Assembly (NCBI GenBank): GCA_964234715.1 | Contig: OZ174277.1 | Length of the DNA stretch: 64,000 bases | Direction: 5' to 3' (one strand) | Source: Podarcis melisellensis | Lineage: Eukaryota | Shown: positions 13,556-26,702 of the stretch, piece by piece | How positions within the stretch are numbered: the first letter of the stretch is position 1 | How the letters are laid out: every line of letters begins with the position of its first letter | Translations under genes and position numbers: made by a program | Notes under the pieces: generated by a model | What the model saw: only the letters and a program-made list of their open reading frames with translations | Database searches by the model: none | What the model was told of the DNA's origin: nothing

Positions 13556-14412
13556 TTGTCTAGTTAACTGCTATTTGGTGGATATTTAATTTTTTAAAAT
13601 TTTCTGTCCTGTCTGTAATTAATCCTTTTAGCAATTTTAAAACAATGAAGTAGTTAATATTGATTGTTTAGATTGCAAAGGATCTCAGGTCAGGGAACAT
13701 TTCTTCTCAAGAGCTTCTACAACTAGACAACTCTGGGTACAATGGTCTGACTCATAGAAGGTGGGTTCATGTGTTGCAAAGTAGCATGAACGTTTGTACC
13801 CTTGGAAATGTAATGTCTATGAACAAAGGAAGTTGAATACCTATGGAGATTTGCTTTTTTGTGTTTTAAAATGCATACAAAAGGGAGCAAATTTAGAGAT
13901 AGCAGTGGTAGTTGAACAGGCTTGAGCTGTGGTGGTTCTTGCAGCTATTTGTGCTGTTCAGTCTGGTGTTCTTTTCTTTTAGAGATTCCTATAGCCTTCG
14001 CAGTGTTTGCAATAAAAGCCCAGGGTCAGATAGCTTAGCCACTGTAGCAGTTTCTCACTAAAGTTAAATGCTCTAACAGCAGAATGCTCATCCATTTGCT
14101 GAGTAGTTCAACATGAACACCTACTCACAAGTGGGAGCTCTGCATGATGAGGATACATGGTTGTGTTAGTTTTCCAATTGCACAGAGCCCATAACCATGA
14201 GTATGGGCTCCCATGTTTGCAGAGAAGTCCATATAGCCACAGGTACTACAGAAAGAAGACCTGGCTGTTGGGGTTAGGGGCTGAAAGTATAGCCCTGCTC
14301 CACATCAACATGGATATGCCACATGTGTTAGTAATGCATCAGTAGAGCTTAACTGAGTGGGCATGGGTTGCACTGGATATTAGCATCCCTAATTCTTTCT
14401 TTTTCTTCATAG

Positions 14413-14552
14413 CTCCTGCTCAGGCCCAAATCATCCATGCTGGGCAAGCATGTGTTGTAAAAGAAGATAACATCAGTGAACGAGTGTACACGATTCGGGA
14501 GGGTGACACCCTTGTTCTGCAGTGTTTGGTTACGGGGCACCCACGGCCACAG
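14413..14552 (+). CDS. MDGA1: MDGA1 coding exon 2 (N-terminal half of Ig1), 140 nt, phase 1-0
   Basis: Acceptor ttttcttcatAG|ct and donor cag|GTAACC. Translates (A)PAQAQIIHAGQACVVKEDNISERVYTIREGDTLVLQCLVTGHPRPQ, which matches the MDGA N-terminus. Not in the ORF track. Confidence 0.96.
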
Positions 14553-15301
14553 GTAACCTTTCTGTCCCTTTTGCCGCCTGCATCGCTTTCACTCTTTATC
14601 TGCTGTTTTGCCAAATGCCAGGAATTCCCCTCTATGTTAGTGTAGATGTTCTGTAGAACATCAGTGTGTGAGGAGCTCAGAAATAGCCTGAGCTCCTGAT
14701 TAATGAAATGCTTTGCAGAAATCATTGTTCTGCTTCCACAGCTGGATAATGTAGTGTTCCATCTTCAGTTCAAGCATTCCCTTTTGCAGAAATAGTGAGC
14801 CCACCTCTGCCCATTTGTATTTGGAGATTGCCGACTCAGATACTTGACCATGCTAAGTCAACTCATTTCCCAGAGGGATATGATTTTGAAGCGTTACTGA
14901 CCTTTACTGGTCCCACAATACAAAGGTGAGAGACGCTCCCAACATAGTAGACAATGATGTGTGCAGACAAGACTCTCATCCTAGGGACACCATCACTAAA
15001 AGCCAGCCAGTGACTGCCTAAATGGACCCGGGAGAACCTGACATGAATTGGATAGGGGCCTCCAGGGAGGAAGGTACATTAAGAGCAGAAGAAAACACAG
15101 CACTTCCCTCCTGCTCTTGCATAGCCTTACTAGTCACAGGAGCTGAATCACTGTGACTGCCAGTCATCTTCTCTGTGGATTCACAAGCAAGTAGCTATTT
15201 GCAAAATAGGATGTAAGACACAATGCACCTAAGAGGGCAAACTAGTTAAAAGAATTCAAGCTGGGAGAGCTATTCACTGGGCAAGCACCCATTTCCCTCA
15301 G

Positions 15302-15480
15302 GAACGGCCCTACTATTAGGCAAAGTGAGGAAAGAATCAGTGCTGTGGCACATGGCCTGACCTGCACCCCCTAAGCTAGCCTGCTGCCCCCAAGCATTAT
15401 GGAGAAAGCTGCTCTATCTCCAGCATTTAAGGTGGAATGTACTTCATCTCAGGCAGCAAAATGTCTTGGACCAGCCCTGT
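15302..15480. mobile_element. hAT-like MITE fragment
   Basis: ggccctactattaggcaaagtgagg...ggcagcaaaatgtcttggaccagccctg. Related sequence occurs inverted at about 62200-62400 and 62715-62765. Confidence 0.55.
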
Positions 15481-16872
15481 ATGGTGTTCTTAAGATGTGT
15501 CTTTCTGATTCCTTACTAATCTGGGATTAATATCCTCTCCATGTTATGTTGTCACAAAAATGATAAAAGATTACAATCCCACCTGTTTGCATTAGACTCA
15601 AAACAGACTCAAAAGGTAGTTTATAATCCCACTGTGGAGGCGGGGAGGGAAGGTAGAAATCATTTTGAAGTACAAATGGACCTTCCTGGGGAAACACCAC
15701 TACAGAGAAAGCCTTGTTCCTTGTAACCACAAATGCAGCTTCAAAAGACAACAGCACCAGATGACTTTAGCCTGAGTGCATGGGAAGCTCATACTGAAGA
15801 AAGTGGTGCTTGAAAGATTTCACCGTGTGAATCAATCCTTAGCTATAGCCATTGCAGAGGGCAGTCGATCTATAGTAACAAATATGGATGATTATGCAGA
15901 CTATTTTCTTTCTGTAGACATAAATAAGGATTATAAAGATTACATGAGAATCACAGCTATGCAGAGTTAACACCTACATTCTGCTTAGAGCATGGTTTAC
16001 CAGACCTAGATACCATCAAGGCAGAGAGCTTAGAAATATAAACGATTCCATTTATTATAGAAGAGCAGAGAGAAACTGAAGATTCAGGAGGAATCTCGGT
16101 ATTGCAGAATGTGGGATGCTTAATGTATAAATAAACAACTTGGCATATCCGTAGAAGAATGATTTACACACTTGACTTTTGAATTTTTGAACATGAGTAT
16201 GTTTGCCACCAATTCCTGCCTTCTACTCTCTTTTATCCCCCCCCCCCATACACCTCTGTCACTTTACTCATCTGATTTCCTCCCCACAAACCAGCCGGCA
16301 ATTTTAAAATCTGCATACATTTAAATGAATTAACATAAGCAAATGGTCAATGACCACTGTGAATGGAACAGCTGCCCCCTTCCCCTCATTCACTCTCTCT
16401 GTTGACCCCCCCTGCATTTCCCAATCAAAGCTTTCTTTTTCTTAACCTTTGTTTTATCCTCTCCTTTCTCTTTTCTCAGTTAGTCATTAAAGCTCCAAAA
16501 TGTGGTCAAACTAAATAAATGAGGCTGAAATGAAAAAAGCTGAGGAAAGATTAAAGAACTGACTGAAGCAGCCAAGCAAACAGAATGCACTTTGAGAGGC
16601 TTCAGGCCTCTAATGAGAGGACAAAGGCTAAATAAATCCCTCATGGGCAGCCATTAGCAGAGAAACACTAAACAATGTGGGGCGCTGGGCGGAGGCCATA
16701 GAACCCTATCATCTGCAAGCTGAATTTCCCTAGTACATAGGTCTGTAGGCAAGGAGGGGAGTCAGATTAAAGTCAGGACTGTGGGGTGCTATTGATATTG
16801 TTGTTCTCCTTTGTAGTATACAGTATGAACTCACGCTCGGTTCTCCACCGCCCTTCTTAGGCTTTGCGTGGC

Positions 16873-16960
16873 CCTTAGCAAATCACTATGTTTGATCTTT
16901 GCTTCATCCTCTGCAAAATGGGGATAATTGTGCCCTAGCTCTCAGGGTTATTCTACTAAG
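16873..16960 (+). mobile_element. MIR/CORE-SINE core fragment
   Basis: ttcatcctctgcaaaatggggataattgtgccctagctctcagggttatt resembles the MIR core. Confidence 0.6.
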
Positions 16961-17349
16961 AAAGAACAAGTGATAAGCAATTATAGCCTGAGGTAGAAAT
17001 GGTGTCCCCCTCCACTCTCTCACACAAATGTTTGTAATTTTTTCTTCCAGAATTTCCCAAATATTTTGGGTTACGTATTTTTGTGGAAATGCATGAAGAT
17101 GTTACAGTATTGTTTTCCTGAGTCTTCCCGCCTACTTCTTTCCCCCTCACCTTCCTGGCTTGGTTCATATGCCAGCCTGGGTGGCATGGTCTCCACAAGG
17201 AACCCAAAGCATTGTTCGCACAGCTGTGTGGGTAGTTGAATTTATCTAGCCTGCTCACATAGTTCACACTAGCCATAACCTTGCTGGTGAAGCCCGCAGG
17301 TATCTGGGGTGAAGGTATGGCTATTGTTGGCTAAACCACCTGCTCAGAA

Positions 17350-17525
17350 CATAGTAAGCTACCTTATGCTGAGTCAGACAATTGATCCATCTATCTCAGT
17401 TCTGTCTACTTTGGCAGTGGCTTTTAAGCGTTTTAGACTCTTGTACAGCCCTGCCAGGAGATGCTCAGGATTGAACCTAGGGCATTCTGCTTGCAAAGGT
17501 TATGCTTTGTCACTAAGCAACAGCG
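17350..17525 (-). mobile_element. Old tRNA-derived SINE with CR1-like tail (copy 2)
   Basis: Similar to 3480-3660. Minus-strand head ...tgcaagcagaatgccctaggttcaatcctgagcatctcc contains a B-box-like GGTTCAATCC. Confidence 0.6.
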
Positions 17526-17570
17526 CTTCATACAAGCCATGGTCCTTCATATGCTTCTCACTAGCAGCCT

Positions 17571-17965
17571 AATAATAATAATAATAATTTTTAATACCCT
17601 GCCCTCCCTGGCTAGGACCAGGCTCAGGGCGGCTAACATCAAAATATATAATAGGTTAAAAACATAAAGTCAAACAATCAATTAAAATACAGCTTAAAAT
17701 TAGATTAAGATCAAAATAAAATCAGATGACAACCCACAAATTATAACTATAGGTGTTGGGGACATTAGGTGCTCATCAGGGTCAACTATTTGTGTTAGTC
17801 TTATATGGGCCGGTGGGAAGAGTTAGCGAGGCCACTTATAAAAGGAGGGGGGTCAGACTGGGCCCCAAGCAAAGGCATGACAGAACAGCTCCATCTTGCA
17901 GGCCCTGCGGAAAGATGTTAAATCCTGCAGGGCCCTGGTTTCTTGCGGCAGAGCGTTCCACCAGT
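17571..17965 (-). mobile_element. L2 LINE 3' end with (TTA)n tail
   Basis: The minus strand translates WWNALPQETRALQDLTSFRRACKMELFCHAF followed by a 3' UTR ending gccgccctgagcc...gcagggtattaaaaattattatt. Confidence 0.8.
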
Positions 17966-18132
17966 GAAACTGCATATAAAAAAGACTTGCTCAAGCTTCA
18001 ATTAGAACACTAACAGATGGGAAATAAACTGTATTCAGAGCTGCTGCAAAGTTTTAAAGAGATGAGTTTTCGTTTGAAAGACCCTCTGCCAAGCATTTTG
18101 TTTTCTTGCGGTGGCTGGGTCAAAGCAACACA

Positions 18133-18390
18133 NNNNNNNNNNNNNNNNNNNNNNNNNNNNNNNNNNNNNNNNNNNNNNNNNNNNNNNNNNNNNNNNNNNN
18201 NNNNNNNNNNNNNNNNNNNNNNNNNNNNNNNNNNNNNNNNNNNNNNNNNNNNNNNNNNNNNNNNNNNNNNNNNNNNNNNNNNNNNNNNNNNNNNNNNNNN
18301 NNNNNNNNNNNNNNNNNNNNNNNNNNNNNNNNNNNNNNNNNNNNNNNNNNNNNNNNNNNNNNNNNNNNNNNNNNNNNNNNNNNNNNNNNN
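18133..18390. other. Assembly gap (258 N)
   Basis: Run of N ending 116 nt before the exon 3 start. Confidence 1.
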
Positions 18391-18506
18391 AGCACAAGAT
18401 GTGAGAGCTGGTAATGATCTGCTGTGTTAGGCCCCAATGCTAAGTTTGTCTGTGTCCTATAGCTGTGCTTTCTCTCTTTCTCTGTCTTTCTCATTCCCTC
18501 TTTTAG

Positions 18507-18681
18507 GTGAGGTGGACCAAAACTGCTGGCAGCGCCTCGGACAAATTCCAAGAGACATCGGTGTTTAATGAGACCCTTCGGATTGAGAAGATCCAGAGGC
18601 TGCAGGGGGGTCGCTATTATTGTAAAGCAGAGAATGGGGTTGGGGTCCCTGCCATCAAGTCCATTCGAGTAGATGTGCAGT
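18507..18681 (+). CDS. MDGA1: MDGA1 coding exon 3 (C-terminal half of Ig1), 175 nt, phase 0-1
   Basis: Acceptor ccctcttttAG|gtg and donor cagt|GTAAGT. VRWTKTAGSASDKFQETSVFNETLRIEKIQRLQGGRYYCKAENGVGVPAIKSIRVDVQ contains the Ig W and G-x-Y-x-C motifs. Confidence 0.97.
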
Positions 18682-18960
18682 GTAAGTCATTTTGTGGCCA
18701 TCCAAAGCTTCCCACAGTTCTACTGCGTGCCGGTATCTGATCACTTGGCTAGTGAAATTCTGCATTGACCTAGAAGCATCCTCATACCTCAGAGGCAAAG
18801 GGACAGGCACTGCTACTGCCACACTCACTTACCTGAAGGTGCTGATCTTGGAATACCAGACCATTTTTTTAATGTGGTTAACTGGGGACTAAATTATTCA
18901 TGAATGGCTATATGAATGAGAAAGAGAATGGTGTCCTGGACTTGGATCAGGTAGGTTTGG

Positions 18961-19360
18961 GTGTCCTTGAAAAATGCTAAACCATGGTTTGATGTGACAT
19001 GAATTAAGAGAAGTGAACCTCAGGCTCATATTCTTCCGTCCAATCCCTTCATGAGCACAAGGAAAAGATTAACCAGCTTATGTCTGAATGGAGGAACCCT
19101 CATTAGTTTAAACTATGTTTTATTGAATGAAGCAAAAATCAAACCATAGTTTATGATCCTGTCCTACATGGGTGTACTTAACTGTTTAAACTACCCAATG
19201 TTCCTGAGTTCAGATGCAATGCTTAACTTAAACCAGTGATTGGATGCTTCAGATCCCTTCCTCATGGCTGTATGATGGAGAGTATATGCACCTGACGCTT
19301 GGTTTGGCTCATTCATGTGGTGCTAAACCATGGTTTAGCATTATGCCTGAAACAGGACAC
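18961..19360. mobile_element. Palindromic MITE rich in AAACCATGGTTT motifs
   Basis: Inverted ends gtgtcct..aatgctaaaccatggttt / aaaccatggtttagcatt..aggacac. Perfect 20-bp palindrome at 19321-19340. Confidence 0.7.
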
Positions 19361-21304
19361 CGTATGCCAGCCTAATCACTGTATGAAGTCACCATGATTA
19401 AAAAATCAATAATCTTGTATTGCCCAATTTCAGCCTAACCCACTTCACATGTTTATCACCCTCAACTCACATAGTCACATAAATGTGACAAATAAATAAT
19501 ATAATAAATGTAAGACTACAATAAGAAGGAAGCTCACTATCCCTTTAATTTAAAAGGACCCTCCATTCTGATATTTTCAAAGCCTCTTGCTTCTTAGCTT
19601 AGGTGCCTCATATTTCAGACTTGTTATTCAACACACCCTCCCCTCCCCATTTTTATATCCCTACAAGTTGATGCTTTGAGGGGATGTTTGGTATAGTCTC
19701 CTCCTCACATGCTTTTAGTGGTGATTAATCCCATCTACATGGGATGCAATACTTTTATTTGGTCTACAAATACTTATTGCTTCCTTTTGTAGGTGCCTAG
19801 TGGCAATCACAACAGCCTGGGAGGGGAGTTTTACAGGGCTCTAAAAGCCACTGCTGCCTCCTCCCAGCCAATCAGCCTTAGAGCAGCTTTTGAAAAACAA
19901 TGTTGTAAATTGCTAGGTTTCAAAATATGTTAGATAGGAAAATTATTTAAAACCCCACATTTCACTTCAAAATCCACTTCCCCCTGCCCCTCCTAGAAAT
20001 CCACCTGAGCACTATTTATTTCATTTAGGCAATTTCTATACTGCTTAATCTATAAAAATATCTATAAATGATGGGTGGCAAACTAACAAGTGCTACAAAA
20101 ATAACCAATTAAAACCCTCAATATCAATTCAGAGTTTATATCAGTATTTATATATTGGTAGATACATCTGTACTCAACACCTCCCAGCTCTTACTTGGTT
20201 GACCCCAGTTCTCACTCAGGGCCCAAACAAGCGCACATATCACACACACACACACCCCAATCTCACACCAAAGATAATTCCTGGAGCCTGCTGATATGGC
20301 ATCGTCCTAGTCTCTAACTCTAGGATTTATGGACAGGCATCAAAGTCTGATGGAGCTTTCTCAGGCTGCCTACAGCTTTGTCTCACCAAGCACTCAAATC
20401 AGCTGCACTGTACACACCCAAATTTGATTCAGTGAGTTTCTCATGGGGTCCCATGAGATTTGTTTATCTGCCCTCCTCTTCTAAAAGCTTTGCTGTCCTA
20501 TGGCGGGGTTTGCTTTCATTAGCCCTGGTTTCAAATTTCAAAACAGATGTGTCTCCAACTATCAGATCTAAGTGCAAGTGATCCATTTTGCTGTTGTTGC
20601 CACCATTGATGGGGTGACAGAATCCCAGTAGATGCCAGCTGTGGTTCTTCTTGGAAATTCATGAGCTTCTCTTAGAAAGGGTAGGCTCTCCCCTCCCCTC
20701 CTCTCCTCTGTGCTTCTCCTTGCTTATCTGAACTTGATAACTCATGCCGGGCACTTTAGTTGAGAACTAAAGTGGGGCTTTATCCTTGTGGGGTTTCCCT
20801 TTGCTTCTAGGATGCTGTTTGGATCTAAGCTGATGCAGACTCCTGTTGTTCTTCATGCATCTCTGACCTTTAGAGCTATGGGGTAAATTGGGTGGCCAAG
20901 GGCTTTCTGATACTAACATCTACTCCGCAGATGGACTTGGTAATATGCTGCCTCCTTTCTACTACTTGTTCTTTTCCTGCCCTGCAGAAGAGCCTGTATT
21001 TTATGAGTGCTTCATAGATGCATGAATGAGTGGACTGGGAAGGTCCCAGTTAGTCCTTTACATAGATGACCTTTAATTGCATGCTCTACTGTTTGGCACA
21101 ATGTCTTTCCCTCCTGCCATTAGCGTGTAACTCTTGATTGTAGATTTTCAGCTGTTAGTGGTCAGACCCAAGGCTAACATATGGTGTCTTCTGAGCCACA
21201 TAGTGTAATGTAGCGCAAAAGCACAGAGATCCATTTTTATACTGTTGACCTGGAGAAGGACCCTGCAGAATACCATGTAGAACGTGACCCCACTGCCAGC
21301 AGAT

Positions 21305-21480
21305 GAGAATATAAGATGAGTGTGGGATCATACTGAAGACCTGTCTTCTCCAGCATCCTGTTTCCCCCAGTGGCCCACCAGATGCCTTTAGCAAACTCAC
21401 AAGTAGGACATGAGCCTTTACTCACTATTGTTCCCCATCAATTGGTATTCAGACTCATGGTGCCCCTGATCCTGGAGATA
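21305..21480 (-). mobile_element. CR1-family 3' UTR fragment
   Basis: tccagcatcctgtttcccccagtggcccaccagatgcc matches the 6655-6858 family in reverse. Confidence 0.6.
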
Positions 21481-21524
21481 GACGCTGGGCATCGATTCTA
21501 TTTAGCCAGAATTGAGATGACAGT

Positions 21525-21925
21525 AGTGTGTGTCTCTCACTTTGACATGGCCAAATCTGACCGTTTCAGTTTCTTTCCGTTTAAGTTTGGTTCTCCACAT
21601 TTCCACCTCAGTCCATTAATCGTTTTTGCAAGTCCTCCTGAAAGTTCATCAGTATTTTATTGAAATTTTCTCCTAATATAAACATTTTTGGCAAACATGT
21701 GCTCTATAATCTAATGCATTGTTGCATGTGATTTTCACATGCATTTGTATGCACACTTTAGCTAAGTATATGCAGTTTTGTACACGTTGCTTGGCTAGAG
21801 AACTGCGCTGGAAAATTCAGAGAAGTTCAGGTTTCAAAGGATGTCTGCGTTTCAGTTGCCTGTTGTTTCTGAAAGTACAAATTAGGCCTCAGATGTGAAC
21901 TGTACCAAATTTCTCTCCTGTCCAA
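21525..21925. mobile_element. Dispersed DNA-transposon-like repeat (family A, copy 2)
   Basis: Colinear similarity to 3055-3465. Confidence 0.7.
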
Positions 21926-24900
21926 ACTTGGGACCGAGACCAAATCACTGCTACCAAAGAAAGACTAAAACACAAGCAGACAACAGGCCACAGATTCCTA
22001 AGGTGGCTCTACTGAATTAATAGCAATGGCACCAGCCGTGAGCATCATCTTGCTTGTTGACCATCCTCGTTCTGAAGATGGTGCCCTTCCAGAAGAGCCA
22101 AAGTTGTTTGTAGACTGAATTCCAAAGCAGCTCTCAGTTTGCAGGAGAGCCTTGGGTCATGTGTTGCCATTTCCCCACCCAGATCTGTTTTCAAAGCTTC
22201 CCATAAATCCCTGCAGGAGAAAGCCAGGCGGCCTGCTGCTGTGTTTCAATTAATGCCAGCCAGGCAGGTGTGCTGGGGATGTAGGAAACTGCTGTCACTA
22301 GCACAAAGTCCCCAGTTATCAGCATTAATCAGGGAAGCTGCTGCTTGGAGCCTTTCCATGTTGGGAGAAAGAAAAAGGGAAGCCAGATGGAAGGAAGGGA
22401 CATTTAAAAGTTATGTTGGTATTGAAACATCCCACATGGTTGTATCAATTGGCAAGTCACCAACCCGTGAGTTGAATTAATTTGTAACATAGCTTAGATG
22501 AAATCTTTATTCTACTAGATAGGCCATTTTAGCAGGAGCTGTTGTGAAGTGCCTTGAACTCTCAAAAGCGCTATGCAAACCTTAGTTGTTAGTAATATTT
22601 CTTATCTTTGCTAAGATTTGAGCCTTTGGATTATTCTACCTATTGTAGGGAGATGTCGAGGCTTAGCTGGAGTGGAATGGAGTCTTGCAGAGAAGCAAGA
22701 AGAGTTTGTGCTGCCAGATTTCAGGGTGCACACAAACTTCCTGGGGCTCTAAGCATCTTCCTACAGACAAGTTGAAGAACAGGAAATTATGGTGGGATTT
22801 TCAGTTCTCCCACTATAGGAGATCACTCCCCAATTTAATGGAAGATGAAAGGAGCCAAGAAAGTGGGGAGTGGTTTTTGGCCCATCTTTAGTATGATGTC
22901 ATCCCCACCCACACTGATCCCACCATGCCACTTGCAGCTCTGTTCATGTGGCTGTCAGATTCTCCTGGTACCATGTAGCCACCTCCCTCCCTACATTTCA
23001 CCGAAACAGCTCCACTCCCAGAGCTCTATCATTGCTTGATGCTGGCAAGAGCATTGTTGACTCAAGCAAATTGGAGTTATCCTGCCCTTTCAGGGGCATT
23101 TTTGTTACAAACCCATCAGTGCACAAGGCAAGACCCCCCCCCCCACACACACAACAAAAAATGTTTGGCCCACCATTACATCATCATCGGGTAACGCTAA
23201 CTGCTTTATCCAAGGATAGAGCCCACAAAGCCCTCTTAATTTCAAACCAGCCCATTGAATCACAAAGACATGAATTTGGATAAATGGGAGATTCATGCTC
23301 ACTTCTTACTTTTATTTTTGACACGATTGAGCCACTACAGCTATATTTTCCTCTGCCACTTTGGCACAGCAAGGTCTTTCCTGAATGCTCCCCAGCATGG
23401 CCAGAGATGATAGTTTTCACATCCTGGAGACTGATAGAGAATTCAGATTCTCCAGCAGCGGATAAAGATGAGGACTCGCCACACTAAGGAGCGTTTGGAA
23501 GAAAAACTTGCCTGGCAAAATTGGAAAGGAAAAGTCACCTTGTTATAGCTACTTTATCATGTCAAAAAATGAATGAGGGAATCAGGCCTGGAGATAATTG
23601 AGATTTACATCAGGTGAGTTATACTGTAGCCCAATTTGCGTTATCATCTCTTGAAGCCCAGTAACGCTATTTCAGCTGTTTCATTGTCACTGATTCTTAT
23701 TTTTATATTTTAGCTCGTGGAACAAGGAAGAGGGCAGGCCCCGAAGCCCCATCCGAGTAGGAAATGCAGCAAGGAAGGGAATAGAAAGAGCAAAATGCAG
23801 AGGCTGCTCAGGGACAGAAATAGTGATGAGTCCAATGGGAAGCATATTTTCTCACTTGAATGGTGGATATGATCTCAAGGCACGGGGAAAATAAAATAAC
23901 TGAAAGTTTAGCTACCGCACAAAGGTCTCATTCTCCCATTAATATAAATGAGAGTCCCTCTGCACATTGTAGGGAATGTGTAGTTCTGAGCCATAACCAT
24001 TCTGGGGAATTTAATCATCTTTCCAAATGAGTCTGCCGCCTCTATCTGGGGTCAAAACAGGTTCTCACAAAAAGATTTGTAGAGGGAAGAGGGAGCCTTG
24101 GCACTTAGAACGAAAATAGGAGAGTGATATTAAAGGGTTTGGCACAGAATAAGGAATTGGGGCAGTGCGGAAAGTTAGTATATATTGGCCAAATCTCCTA
24201 ACCAAGTGTTTCAGAAGGGGCTTTAATCTGGCTGTATATCTCTTTGTGTCTCCTCTCTCTCTTTGTCTCTGTTGCCACCCAGCTAACAACTCCGTCCGTT
24301 GTCTGAACTGCAGACCCATATTATCAGGCTAACGAATCTCAGCCTCCATTACAAACACTGTCTCTTCAAAACACGCGCCTCATTAAAATATGCAAATAGC
24401 CTGGTCCAAGCAAGTGTCTTGATGGGAAATGTCTGCTTTTAGCATAAAGTCATCTCTCCCCTTGAAACCAGATTTTCGAGGCTTGTATATATCTAAATCA
24501 ATTTCTTTGAAGCCCAGTAGCGTAAAGGAACTTAGTCAAAACTTAGGGGCGGGGGGAAAGGAAAGCAGGCTCTGCTTTAATGGGCTCCATAACTCCAGGA
24601 TGCGAGCAATTTTTTTCCAACGAGTTTAATTTTGTAGAGCCTTCACTTTAAAACAAAGGGACTGATTTTGGTCCACATCAGTGTAAGACTGGGATCCACC
24701 AGCTGAGCTCAATGGCTATCCCCTTCCCCCATTGGCGTTTGCAACTGTCTGGGAGAAGCAGCATATGAAACATGATGACAAGTTTCATTAATCTGATTTA
24801 GTCCTGTCTCTCCATATTAGTAGATCATTAAATGGAGCAGTAACATAGATGGATGGTAAGAATGATGGTGTTTGATTCAAGGGCTCCTTGGTTCTCTGCC

Positions 24901-26505
24901 TGCTTGATCTTGGAGATACCTTGGAAGAAGGAGGCTCATTAAACAAACCAGTGCCTTTAGTGGTATCACATTGTAGAGTTCTTCCTGCATGGTACCATTT
25001 CACAGTACAAGTAGGCAGGGTTGCAATTTTGAATGTTTTCCCCGCAATCCTTTCCCCAGAAATCTTATGCATGTAGAAAACTAACACATCAAGGAGAAAG
25101 GATCTTGCTCCTAAACTCTTCTCTGATTTTTGGATGCAAGAAGGTTTTTAAAAAAGAAAGAAAGGGAGGTCATTTAGAAATTTAATTCCCTACCTGCAGT
25201 TGAACTACAAGCTACTTAAATTCTATCAACTGGCACAAGTATAGGTATGGTGCTTAAAATATCAGAACACAGTTAAAAATACTACATCTGCAAGTTTCTT
25301 TTGCCATATGGTTTGTTAACAGTGAGGAAGCAGAATGCAAAATTTATTTAAGGGGTTTGTGTGGCATGTCCCACCCCCCTTCCAGCTTACTGGGGCCAGG
25401 TTGTCTTGCATTAATTAATGATCAATCTGCCACGTGCAGATGGAAGATAGGAGACAATCTAGAGAAGATAAGAGGAGCCCTAATCTGAATGGGAGGCACT
25501 GTCAGAAGAAGGGGTGGGGGAGTTAGAGAGGTGCTGGTGGAATGGCAGGGGAGAGAGAAAATGTGAGCACACCTGGCCACATGGAGCTGCGGGGAGTGGT
25601 CTTTGTCCCCTTTAGAGAAGACAATGGACAGGCAGGGATGGGAAGATACCGTTAAGGAAGAAATGAAGTGTTGTTGCCTTAAGTTTATTTTTCCAAGGAA
25701 GGCACGTTAAGCGCAGAAAAATAAAAATGCCATTCATTGCAAAATGTTCTGTGACTATATGTGAATTTTTAAAATCCCAAATTTAAAAATTGGCCCATAA
25801 GTTTAATGAGTGGGGCAAAAAACTATTTAACGGGGAACAAGAAAGAGGAGCATAAGGCAGGCAATTTGTGTGCTTCCTTATGTTTTGCTTCTCATATTTT
25901 ACATGATCAGTATTGTATCACGTTCCTCTTTTCTGCCTGTAAAATGACTCTCCATCTCAGCAGCTTATTCTTCTCTTTCTCTGTCTCTCCCTCCTTCTTT
26001 CCGCCCACTCTTTAAGTTTAACCCATTCCTGAAATCAGCATTTTTAGGTGCTACATAGTTGTCTAGCAGATACCTAAGCTTCCTCAGGGAGGGCGCTAAT
26101 TTGAGAATCCCAGGTATCCTGTGACGAGGGAGGCTAGTCCATTCTTACCAGGTCACCTGTGCTTCTCCTTACCACTGGTAAACTGGATTGTCTCTGGTAT
26201 TATGTGGATTGTTATTTATTTATTTAAAATATAATTTATATACCGCTTGGTTGCAATAATGCAGTAGCATTGAGCGATGGGTCACTGGTGTACCTGCCTT
26301 CAGATACCTATCAGGACAATCTTCTGTAAGAGCACCTGGAAGCCTACCAGCTGTTGTTGTTAGTGGAGTGAATTGTGGTGGGGCTCTAGAGGCCTTTCCC
26401 TTGTCCTGCCCTTCCTTCTTGGAGTTCTGGCTGACCAACAGACCTTGGTGCGTCCTGGCCTAAGCTGCGCTAATAGCTGCTGTGGGCTCCTTCCCTTCCT
26501 TGCAG

Positions 26506-26702
26506 ATTTGGACGAGCCCATCCTCACTGTTCACCAGACCATCAGCGACGTACGTGGCAGTTTCTACCAGGAGAAAACAGTCTTCCTTCGCTGCACAGTC
26601 AACTCCAACCCACCTGCTCGCTTCATCTGGAGGCGGGGCTCCGAGACCCTTTCCCACAGCCAGGATAACGGAGTGGATATCTATGAGCCGTTATATACAC
26701 AG
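26506..26702 (+). CDS. MDGA1: MDGA1 coding exon 4 (first part of Ig2), 197 nt, phase 1-0
   Basis: Acceptor cttccttgcAG|at and donor cag|GTGAGA. (Y)LDEPILTVHQTISDVRGSFYQEKTVFLRCTVNSNPPARFIWRRGSETLSHSQDNGVDIYEPLYTQ. Confidence 0.97.

Noticed and set aside
16430-16520. Long pyrimidine tract with CAG acceptor in intron 2
   Set aside because: The phase-0 reading stops after 12 codons, mid-Ig1, and there is no convincing donor. It is most likely a cryptic site.
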